The notes below the pieces were generated by a model. That model had not been told where the DNA came from, did not search any database, and saw nothing but the letters and a program-made list of their open reading frames with translations. The translations under genes and the position numbers were made by a program. This document shows positions 1-12,300 of a stretch of DNA of 64,000 bases, in pieces (position 1 is the first letter of the stretch; each line of letters starts with the position of its first letter). Source of the DNA: Tubiluchus corallicola (Eukaryota; Animalia; Priapulida); contig JAQGDQ010000115.1 in NCBI GenBank assembly GCA_030141605.1, positions 310,001 through 374,000 on the forward strand, written 5' to 3'.

Positions 1-396
1 ACCCCTATCATCATCAAACCGACGAGGCGGAGGACCCCTATCATCATCAAATCGACGAGGCGGAGGACCCCTATCATCATCTAATTGACGAGGCGCAGGA
101 CCTCTATCATCATTTAATCGACGAGGCAGAGGACTCCTATCATCATCTAAACGACGAGGTGGGGGGCCTCTATCATCATCAAATCGACGAGGCGCAGGAC
201 CTTTATCATCATCTAATCGACGAGGTGGGGGACCCCTATCATCATCTAAATGACGAGGTGGGGGACCCCTATCATCATCTAATCGACGAGGTGGGGGACC
301 CCTATCATCATCTAATCGACGAGGTGGGGGACCCCTATCATCATCTAATCGACGAGGTGGGGGACCCCTATCATTGTCTAATCGACGAGGCGGAGG
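1..396 (-). repeat. Coding 33-bp tandem repeat (12 units in the window) encoding the eIF3a C-terminal [11 protein letters not shown] repeat
   Basis: A unit like ACCCCTATCATCATCTAATCGACGAGGTGGGGG recurs with period 33 from position 1 to 396. The minus-strand frame is open and continuous with the exon starting at 562. Confidence 0.95.
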
Positions 397-3300
397 ACCC
401 CTGCTATCGTCCACGCGGTATCCAGGCCGATCAGGTGCAGTACCATCAACTCTCCTACTCCAACTATCATCACGTTCTCGCTCACCATCCACAATCCTTT
501 CGTTGTCATGTTTGCCTCCTGGACCTCTGTCATCGCCTAGACGACGAGCAAAAGTATCGTCCCTACAATGCAGAAAAAAATGCCAAAAAATACTGAAACA
601 TATTAATGGTAACTGGCAGCTCTAAAAACATATTAGTATAGGCTAATGAACATCTGCTTATTTTGCAGAAGCCTGAGCAAAAGTCAAAGACTTTAAGAAT
701 AAAAGTTTTTAATGATGAACAGGATACTTAAGGTATAATAGTTTTTTTAGCGGTTCTATCTTCTTGTAATGTATTAAGCCAGTTTATTAGAATTTACAAT
801 ATTCCCAGTACCACCTCAGCATTACTGAAAAAAAAACTCTTAAATCTAACACAGTATATATAACACTGTGAGGAATTGACATGAAAAACAGAAAACTTAT
901 ATGAACTGGTAAGTTGTTAGATCCATATATATAGGAAAAGGAAGCAGAGGCAAGAAAGAATACTTGAAGTAACAGCAATGCATACTATAATTAAACACAT
1001 TTTATTTTTATTCTTACCATTATAATAGTTAGCAATAAAAGAACACACATTTCTACTTTAAAACCAAGATGAAGACAAATTAATATGCAAGATTCTCTGC
1101 CAGCAAATAAGCAATATTTATTTTAGGCGATTATTTAATAAGTAATCTCTGCTCAGAAAAACGAGAACAGAAAACTCGCATTCAAAACTCTCTGCCTGTC
1201 TTCTTACACTTGGTAATCAGAAACTGCCCTGGTTGAAAGCTTTCACATCTTCCTCACACTTTACATATTAATTAATTCATCTGCTAACTTCCAATTTATC
1301 GGTTTTGAAAGCAATTTATTCATTATGGCCAAGAACCCGCGGCAGGTCCCAGGCTTTAAATAATTCACGGGTCGCAGAGGCATTTTAATCTCCACTCCAG
1401 TACACGAAAGCCTCACCCTTGTACGATAACCAGTAGGCGACAACAGACCACCCTATATCTGTTTGTATGTCTACTCTAAGATTCTATTCGCAATTTTATG
1501 ATGCAGAGAAAAACCATCCAACATTATCAAGCTCCAGCCTGCTGTGTGGGTTACTATCTTGTCGATTAAATAACCATACAATCATCAATCCTCTCATCTT
1601 ACAGATGTAAAATCATAAAAATGCCAGTTTTAAATTTGATACAACAATCTTCATGTCAAGGTTTTCCTGTAGCAAGTAAGTAAAAAGCCACGATATGCAC
1701 CTCCTCTCGTAATCATCGTCACGTGGACGTCGCCAACTCTCTTCCTTCTGCTTCTCTCTTTCTCTCCAACCTCCTGCTCTCAATGGACGCCATGGTTCCC
1801 TATTGAATACACTGAACATGTATCTCTCAGAAGAGGAACTGAGACAATTAAGAACTGTAACAATAAAAGCCTCTGAGATTCAGAACAAATATTCTAAAGC
1901 AAGTGTATCAAGAAAATCAACAAAGATCATAATTTGTAATATGATAATTTTATAGCAGAATGGCAATATAACAAAAATGACACTGGTACAACAAAACTAG
2001 CCCAAAAATGTGAGATAATAATACAGAAACATTTTTTCTTAGCTACAACACTACAATGTAAACTAGTTTCTTAATCTGGCATTACAACAGTTTAGCTGCA
2101 TAATAAGATATAATTACTTCAAGCAAATGACTAAAGTTATCGTTGCCTAAAAACAAATCCTAATTGTAATAACTGCGTATCAACAAAATTCTCAATTTCA
2201 CTTGCACAATACAAACATTGAATTGAGTTACCCAGGCCTGTCTTTCTCCAGTCTTCCTTCTGCTTGTCGCTGCTCCTGCGCTAATCGCTCCTCCACCTCC
2301 CGTTCTCGCTGCTTCTGCTTCTCCGTTTGCTCCTCTATCTTTGCAAGACGCGCCTCATACTCTGCTCGCTCTTTAGCTTTGGCTTCCTCAACCCTCCTGG
2401 CTTTCTCTTTTTCTTCTACAAGTACAAAACAACATGGCAATAATAATACTGTCATGCAACCTAGCTAAGGCATTTGAGACTGCTTAGACACACAGATGTA
2501 TAATTGATTCCATGCTTCGTAAATCTTGACAATGCTGGATAAAACATGTTCCGTGCCAAGGGGTTATTCCAAAAAGATATTTGCAGTATCGAAAACATAT
2601 CATTAACCTAAATAGCAGCAATGTACTAAACTATTAACGATACAAATTTAGTGGTTATTGTTTTTTAAATTGAACTGACTGAAAGAAAGAGATTATAAAA
2701 AGTTATAACTGAGTCCAAGCCATTAAAATGCATATTCCTGTGTGACAAAGGTACATATTTATCATTGTCTTACTGGTTGAGCATTCTTACCCAACAATGA
2801 ATTTTTCAAGTTTTATTTAGCTAGAGAAATTACGGTTTGATTGTTTGACAAGCTGTTGAGACTGAATGAAAACTTGCCTTGAACACAAAGGGATGCGTAA
2901 ACTAGTGGTCAGGGCACTAAAAGTGCAATGAAAAAATTCCATTTCGAATCAAGACATGGTTATAGCTTTTATTTCTAGTCAAGCATGCTTAAGCCTTGGC
3001 CATCAGAAATATTTTATGGTCACATGATCACATATTTTATGGTCACTAGAATAACAGCAATGAGGTCCAATCGCACTCTGCGCATAAGTGCAGAGGAAAT
3101 TCAAAGGAAGCTGTACCTTTCCCTCGGTCAGTTGTCACTAAACCCACGTCATATCTTTGACTAATTTGAGTATTAAGTTTCTGTGCGATAAATTATCAGC
3201 AAAAATCATCAGAAGACATTTTTATTTAGTGAATTACATTATTCTACTACATTAGGCCTCCAAAGTCTATTATAGGCCATTTTTCCACAAGAACAATAAA

Positions 3301-6300
3301 TTATGAGCCAGCTAACATGCAATAAAAATACTTTAGCATTCGTTTAATTTCTCATTTTTACTCGTACTAAATAATGGAGAACGTCAATACAAGGAGAAAA
3401 TGGGCACAGGGGTGAAAAACACCCCACTGTGGTGTAATTAATATTGTAATAAAAGTAAGCGATGCGCAAGAGATCAAATGACATCTGGTTGCAATAAATA
3501 ATCACTTAAATACAGAAGAGGACATGTACTGGCAGCTTCTTGTCAAAATGATATAATTAACTAAACACGCTTTGAGTGCTTATGCATTCTGTCCATGTAA
3601 AGTAACTTACATGGTGTCGTCCGGGTAGCCAATGCTTAACAAAATTCTATTACTGTGGAAACGTTTCGTCACTGACCGATAACTTTGAAATTAAGGTGAC
3701 AAATAATAAAGATAATTACGTTGTTTCAAAACCTTGCACACAAACGTTTGACTAAACGTAGAATGAATAGCAGTCTTCACTAATACAAGCCTTATTTTTT
3801 AGTTAGATAAAGATTTCATTTACAACACAGAAAAGTCCTAGCGGAAGCAAATTTTTACATAAACGCACCTAAAAGTTTCCTCTCCTCTTCAGCACGATGT
3901 TTTGCCTCTTCCTTCTCCTTTTGCCTCTTGAGCTTGCGTTCAGCTTTGCGGCGCTCCTTGCGCTCATTCAATCGTTTAACTTTCTCAGCCGCAAGCATCT
4001 TTTCAAAATCTCTCAGTCGGTCCTAAATGTAAATGAAATCAATATTGATTAGATGATGGTGGCGAAGATATTTACCACATATTCTAAATATAACAAAGAG
4101 TTAATCTTCTACATTCTGACTTTCCACATAGGAAGGGTTTTAATCGACAAATAAGTAGAGAATCCAAATCATAAGTAACAGTTTCCATAGCAAAGCCTTC
4201 AATTTAATGAAGTTAAACATTATTAAGAAGAAGACAGAATCTGCCTTTACTGAATTCAAAACATATAACTATGCATAATACATACCAGAAATCGATTTCA
4301 TGGGGCAGTAATTAGAATAACTTACTATTATTTTTTAACTTTCATGTTTTATTCAACCCACATCACAATTTGAAACATTGTATATGTAATTGCATTCGCA
4401 ATTTTCTTACAAATGTGGGCTGAAAGACCCATACATGGCAAAAACGCCGCAAAACGTACGGGCCACCCAAACCATTAGCAGAAATAGCGTACAAACGTAC
4501 ATGTATTTGTTCGATAATGACAAGTGCTGATGAACAATACATGATGATCACTAAACGAATTGTCATACACGATGTTAACTATTAATATATTACCTTATAG
4601 GATTTTACCGACAATTGAAGTGTAAACATTCATAACCAGATGTGAAATAATTATATAGCAACTCAGTTAACAACAACTGTAATAAAATGCACATGCTTAA
4701 CAATTATCAAGTATACAAATATCAGAATAAGTATTACGAAAAACAAGCTTATTGAAACAAAATTAGATGGTTTAGTAAATAAAATGAAGCAGCAGTTTTC
4801 AAGACAAATGTAATAATGATAATAAATCATGCAAGAAACAGAATTCTGAGAAACTTCAGGCAATTACCTTGAAAACAGATTGTCTCGCTTTGGTCAGTTC
4901 AGCAACAAACTGGTTCTTGTCCTCCATCATCCGCATGAGGCGAGAGCCATGCTTCAGTGCCAATTCCCGCTCAGACTTTAGTGTTTCAATACGATCCTCT
5001 TCTTGTTGTTCCCAGAACGCACGGTCATTCACGGATTGCTCCCTGAACTGCTCATCCAGTAAGGGTATTTCTTCTACACGACAAGCACGTGCAAAGTGAT
5101 CAACCTAACATAAACAATCTCACATTACCTATAAGCATGGCAAAAATGAGGCAAGTACATGGTACAAACATTAAAACTCAACTTTGATTTGTTAATGTAA
5201 CAACATCCATAAGATATTAATCTCAGGACTGCAAAACTGACTAATTAGATTTACTAATATGTTGACAACTGTTAGTTGATTGGCAAAACATACAGAAAGT
5301 AAAAAGGCCACTTGTGTCAAAATCATCTTTCACAAATTGTTCTTGCTAGGTCTTTACGTAGGGCTGTAACAATGCGCCTAGGTCATGATACGAAACATAT
5401 CACGATACTAACCTACGATGCACCTGAGTTAACATTTGCAGGTTTTATATAGAAAAACTAGATAAAACCAACAATAATAAATTCTAAACATATTTTATCA
5501 TCAGTCAACAGTTTTAGGATTGTTAAATGCCAAAATAAGTTGACAAACTGTTTGGTTTTTATTCATTACTTGTGTAATAAGTAGGCTGTGTGTAAACAGC
5601 ATCATAAGCCACCAGAAAAGCAAACATGTCAGTACATTACGTTTAAAAGTTGCTTGTGCATTTACTGGCTCACTTTACCATTTCACAAGTTTATATGTCA
5701 GCAACGTAACTGGCCTACTACAGATTTTTCAACCGGTTTGGCTGCTACTTGTGCCTGTGTTAAGTCAACCACTGCTCACTGCACTGAATGTTTTGCTGAT
5801 ATGTTTTACTTTGCAAACAATAGAAGTTGCACAATTAATACATACCAACAGTTTGTGGAGTCATTTTAGCATTTAGCAATGATAAAACTGTTGTTTGATA
5901 AAATATGTTAAGCATTTATTATCATTGGCTTTGTCTAGTTTTTTTTAAAACACCTACAACTCAGGTCTATCATTACTGCCCTACAAATCCGACACGTTTT
6001 AAGTTTAGAGCACCTTTTTTTCCTGGTTTTTCAGTCTGGCCATCAGTTCTTTCTTCTCCTTGTCAAGTTGTTCAACTTGTTTTTGCATCAGTTCATCAGG
6101 ATCCATCTTCTCCAATTCCTGAAAAAAATAATATCATTATGTCACAAAGAAATTTCAGTTTTTCTCAGTAACATTATTTGACATTTGATGCATGACACAC
6201 AAATAAAAAGGAAATTTAACAGTTGAACACGAATCTAATTTTTAAGAAAATGCGGTGACATGCCATACCATGACAAACGCGACTAAGAAAGTCTAGAATT

Positions 6301-9300
6301 GAATGGTGGCACCAAAAAAATATCTACAGAAATTGAGGAACTTTTTAGGAAAACACAAGATTAGTTGGAAACCAATGTAATCACCCAAGACCCTTAAAAA
6401 ACTCATCAGATTTAAAAATGCGAAATAGCATGATATTTTAGACAGAAAATATTTTCACCACTTAAAGCAGCGATGAACTAAAGTTTCATAATTAAAGATT
6501 TTGCATACATAAACGAAGGCTGAATTTTAACGTGGCAACCAGCTTATCACATATAAAGGGAAATGGCTCATAGAAAAACAATATTCATTTTACGTTAATT
6601 GAGTTACTTTAATAATACAAGCACTAATAAATTATTGCACTTTACTGAAAAACTTTTCACAAGCAGTTTAATGAGTGTTAAAAGTCTTTTCTTTATAAAT
6701 AAGCAATACATACTGTAAAACATAGAAAACATTGCTCAACAGGTGTTTTGGTTTGTAAATCCAACAGCTTAATAAATCCATTTAGCTTTGCATCTATGTG
6801 GATTTATTAAGTGGAGTGCACAGTACTTACAAAATTATAAGATCAGTTGACAAACAACAAATCAGAATACTCAACCTCTTCATCAATATCGAGAGTCCTT
6901 CCAGATTTCTTCAGCTGCTCCAACCTCATCTTCACCTGTGACATCTCGATCTGCTTGCGCTCTTGAATGATACGCTGCCGCTTCCGTTCTTCTGCCTCCC
7001 GCTCCAGTCGTGCCATCTCTGCTTCGTATAGTTTTCGCGCCTCCTCTTCCTTTTTCGATTGCTCCTCATATTCCTTTAGCAAAATAATTAAAACTTAATA
7101 TAAAGGTGTATGCCTGACTAATCCTTACCTGAGTGTTCATGCCTAACTGAAATTTCCTGCCATAAATTTGCTACTTCACAAGCTTTTGCATTAAAAGAGA
7201 TGACAGTCAATCTTCAAACAAACAAGCATGTCGGAAGGTCTAATCTAATATTAACAAATAACACCACATCACTATCATACATAAGATGAGAAAGATAATA
7301 TTCTCTGCTTTACTTTGTAAACAAATTTTCTACTGATATAATTACTAAATCAAGTGTCCAAGGATGCAAACGTGGCTCGTTTCTTAAGCATTTGATTTGC
7401 TTTAACAGCATGTATTTATACTGTAGCAAAATCACACAGCTACTCGATGAGGTGGCGTATGTGGCCTGCCAGCACAGTAACAGTTACTAAAACACAATTA
7501 ACCTTAGCTGACAAAGAAAAAGCCAATCAGTGCACTTCATTAAGATAGTAGCAAATTCAGCATAGTGTTTAGACAACATTGGCACACCTCACAAAATATT
7601 TTCCTGTGAAAGAGATTGGTCCCATTTGCTTAAGCAGAGCTGTACGCAGAAAAATAAAGATATTTAACCACACCTTTTGAATAGTAATTTCTTCCAAAAT
7701 CTCCTTTCGCCGTTCAATTATCGTTCGTCTGTCCAGAATACGACGATGGTAATTCTTGGTGGTGTTCTGCACCATTTTTACAATTTGGCTTCGTAAATCT
7801 TCAGTCTGATCCTGCAATTCAACAAACCGACATTTTATAGTCAAAAGTCTATGCAGCTATAATAAAACAACTCAAAGGCACTAGTTTGTAAATTTACAAC
7901 CATAAAGAAAATGTTTGAAGAAAATGTGCACAATCTACATCAGGCAAAAGGCTTTGCTAATTTTCCAAGTTTAGACAGTGTAGGTTTCCAACAACTATGA
8001 GAGTAATGTCTTAGATTATTATTTTTATTTTCCCATAAAATGCAGTTAAACAGTGAAAGCACAACATTGAAAGAAGATAAGTTCATGACAAGAAAATCAA
8101 AGACAAATAAATGGTTAAGTAATTTATATAGATGGTTTACCAAGTTATGAATGGTAGATGTCTTGCAACCCATGTATAAGACTTTGACTTGTCTGTTTAT
8201 ATAAAAAGAAAGTAACGAAAAAACATTCTTCAGCCTTAGTTTCAAATAAGTCTTCAAAAGCCAAGTGGTACAGCTGACGAAGCACTTGCCTTCTAAAAGC
8301 AGGAGACTTAGGATCAAGTCGTAGCTAAAAAACAATTTATCGTGATACTTTCCTCTAACGGCAACCATAAGAATTATTATCTCCTTATTACCTAGAAAAC
8401 ATGTACCACTAAAGCCAGGGTTTCAGGGGGAAGTAACTTTTTCACAGCGACCAAAAGGTCAAACAGTCATAAAAAATTCACGAGACTGTGTTTCGTTGCC
8501 CCAGTCACAAAATCCTTGGTGCAAAGTTCTACATAATTTTGCATGATCTTTCCCACTTTTTTGTAAATTTCGGTCTCTTTCCTTGAGCGAAAATCAGAAC
8601 AATCGGGAGAAGCCATTTGGTGACATTATTGCAGCTTTTTAGGGACTTCTACAACACTTACGCAACAAGGCGACTATAGTGCGAGTATGTTGCGAATATT
8701 TTACAACAATTTCGTGAAAAGAAGTGCGAGACAATTGAGGTTCTTCAAAATACAGCTAAATTGTAGAAAAATAGTTGCAAACTCGTCAAAAGCATTAAAA
8801 AACGCTCTCCAAGTTTCCACGGCTTTTGAAATGGTTGAAAAAAGTCACAAATAATTGGCAACATATTTGCACATGTTTAGCGCACGTTCAGACTTTATGC
8901 CAACTTGGAGAAATTTTGACAAAAAAGTGAAGTGAGTCGTGGCACTCCAGCGACAAATTTTGAACATTTTCCTGCATTTACCAGATCAAGAACAGCGACC
9001 AATTGGCGACAGTGGAAGACACCCGCGAAATAGCAGAAAAACTGCGTAACAGCAAAGTTCTACACAAAATTTGTCTGCAGGTGCGCATGCAACACTCATT
9101 CACACCAGGCAGGTGCTTGCACATTATTTCTTATTCCTATTGCATTTTTTTTGATAAATCATTATTGTGAAATGATCAGCTCTCACCTGAGGTTGTATTC
9201 TGGAAATGGCTTCGTGAAGAGCACTTGCCATGGCGGTTAGCTGGTTGCGTATGTGTTCACTAGGCATACACTGCAAGTTAGGTCCTTCCGGTACATCTTC

Positions 9301-12300
9301 TCGTTGGGACACAACCAGATCCGTGCCAAAAGAGAGACTGCGAGTACGATGGTCAATGCGTACCTAAAAATCAATATCTTGTTATGCAATATTACTGTTT
9401 CATTACATTTGCTCGATAACTAACTATTCTGATAAATAGGGGTTCACAACAATAAAAAATGGTAGCATTGGATATCATTGAATATGACAGTATTGAATAT
9501 AACTCTTGCGCCACAGAATCATATGCAGTATTGCAACAATACATGCATAATTTAGACTGCGAGAAAAAAAAATGCTAATCCCACCATACTTTAGATAGTT
9601 TCTAATAGGCTTATAAATATCCTCATTTCTCAAAACTTAATTAGGCCTACTTTTTCTAAACAGTTGTCATAGGACCTAAACTGATTTAATCCTCTAAGCA
9701 GATAAGAGGACATTCAAATTGCATTCTCCGTCAGTCAGGCTGATAGTCACAAATAGTGTAACGGAAGAAATTGCCTAAAGGCAATTTTCCAGGCACACAC
9801 CTGTCGTTCATCATCTCTTAAACGGGAAGAAAACGAAATGTCCCAAAAAACTTTCCATACAAAGTTTTATTACTTGACATTACACTTAGCCGTTTAAAAG
9901 ACTTACATAAGTGAAAAAAATTCTTAACTGTAATTTAAAATGTTCATGCCCGTTACTGAAACTTCACTGTATCACCATCCCAGTGTGCATCACTGGCTCA
10001 CCAAAAACACACTATTGGTCTTACTGACAACATAAAGCAATTTAAAGTTTAGCTTAGTTAACACAGAGTGTGTCACAAATGTTCTGATTATTATTGAAAA
10101 CTTTATACCTACAGGTCATCAAGTCTTATATAGTGTCATTGCTAATACAAGCTCTGTATGCAATAAGACAGCATGTTGGTGACATAAAATTTCAAGACAA
10201 ATTACTTTAGCTTATTGGATTTAGGATTTTCTTGTCCATTAAACCCTTACTTTTGCCCATGGAAATGTTATCAATACACTGTAAGGTACTTACTACGTAA
10301 AATCTATGATTCAATGTAAAAAGTGCATTTAATTTGTGATGATGACTATTGTACCATTACAACAAAAAGTATTTGTAGCATTAAATTTTTTATACCTGTA
10401 AATCGGATTTTGATTGAGGTCGGTTCTGCTGTAAGACTTGTAAGTCACAAGTTTTTGCTGCTTCGACAACGATCCTCTCAATACGAAATGGAGTAGCAAA
10501 TGAAACCAGCTCGCAAACACGAGAAAATTTGATGGTCTGGTACACCTGCGACACCTACGTCATAATCAAATATGGTAAGGATTATTTTCAAAAACCTGAA
10601 CACGATTTAGCAGTTACTGCATGTGTACTCATGTCATGAACAACATCCAAATAAGTGCGAATTTGGATTGTAATATTAATCTAAAGAAACACAATACTAC
10701 ATGTCCATGAAAAAGCAGAGTGACCATCATACCGTGATGGTTTGACATATGTTACTGATTGTTGCTATACGATACTCTGCTGATCACAATTAATTTAGCT
10801 GTCACTGTACCAGTATATTATTCGTCAGCCTTGAAAAAATGGCGACAAACATAGACAGACAAAAAGATAGAGAGACAAAGCTTCTCATTAAGTAATTGCC
10901 CACTTCGTTGGGGCTATTTAGGGGCAGCTATAAAACAAAAATATCACACTAATATGTGTTTGAACAGTGCAAAACAGTTCCTTGTGGTATAGTGCTATAT
11001 AATAACAATAAAATTGTCAAGATAATACAGACGGTAAACAGAACAGTTTTAAGAACAAAACAATTATTGAACCAACTTGAGAGCAAGATCAGACTATTTG
11101 TTGTTTAAACAGCACCTAAAGCACATATTTTTTCCATATTTTTTGCGAAATGAACCTGCTATAATACACAACACTATTATATCTAACAGATTTTTAATAG
11201 CCTTTAATGTATTACCAATGCTGCTTTAACATATCAATTGTTAAATCCAAAGTAATTTCTACCTCAAGTTATTCTCAAGTAAGAAAAACACAAATACCTG
11301 CTTCAGCAACCGCATGACGGAAATGTCCTCAATGGCGGTGATATACTGATGCAGATCCGTTTCTTCAGATTCTCTAACAAAGTGAAGACATGTTGCGACA
11401 CGTTCACACAGCTGAAGTGGATGAAAGTCTACCTCTAACCAACGATACAAGTCTTGCAGCTGAGGAGCAGCAAACTGAATGACATTATACTTTACCTGCA
11501 AGCAAAGTGCATCGCTGATAAGTATGCTGAATGATGGCTGAAAAACTACTGGATTATTTTTGTTTCATAAACAGAGAAACATCAATTTTCCAAGAATCAA
11601 AGGCAAGTATGATTTGTCTTACTTGCTGCCAAGAAAACTGCCGTATCAAAAATAAAGCGTTCAAAATTTCCAAGAAAACTTTACACTTACACATATATAG
11701 TTTACACATATACGTTTAAATAGTTTCGATATGTTACTTTCCAATTTCTATTACATTTTAATCACATTTTAAATACGCAAACATTTTGTAACTGGAATGG
11801 CCAGTAATATTAACAAACATCACATACTGCTCATTGATATTTAGAGAATGTTAGTGGTGCAAGACATGAAGCATATAAAATGACCAATCCCTTAATTAAG
11901 CTTCGACAATATAATGATGTTAGTAAAGTTTTGAGTAATCCAGTAAAATGTGCATAGTAACACATTCAAATGGTGGAGACCAATGTAGTTAGTTACAGGA
12001 AAATAAACTCTTTGGCTACTTACAAGATCTTTGATGAGACCAGCTCTAGTGGGCGGCTGCGGAAGGTCCAGCAAAGTAGACAGTTTGCGATGTTTATCAG
12101 CCAGGCTATTGTCGTCATCAGGGAGATAGCGTTCCACCAGGTTTTGGCTCGGTGGGATTGGAATTGCTAGTGTTGCCAACATAACTCGTGTTGCCATTCT
12201 AACAAAAGAAACAAAAATTGTTCACAAGTGTGTCAACAAGGGAAGCAAGGTAATAGGTGAATTTTTTTGATAGTCACACACAAGATGACAACAAAATTGC

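Noticed and set aside
1-396. The 33-bp repeat as a CRISPR array
   Set aside because: The units are head-to-tail with no unique spacers, lie within a eukaryotic coding exon, and no cas genes are present.
159-625. Plus-strand ORFs 159-596 ([11 protein letters not shown] repeats) and 374-625
   Set aside because: They are antisense shadows of the EIF3A repeat exon on the minus strand.
9732-9815. Minus-strand ATGATGA...CTGA pair resembling a C/D snoRNA
   Set aside because: There is no terminal stem and no rRNA-complementary guide that I could recognise, and it abuts an interspersed repeat.
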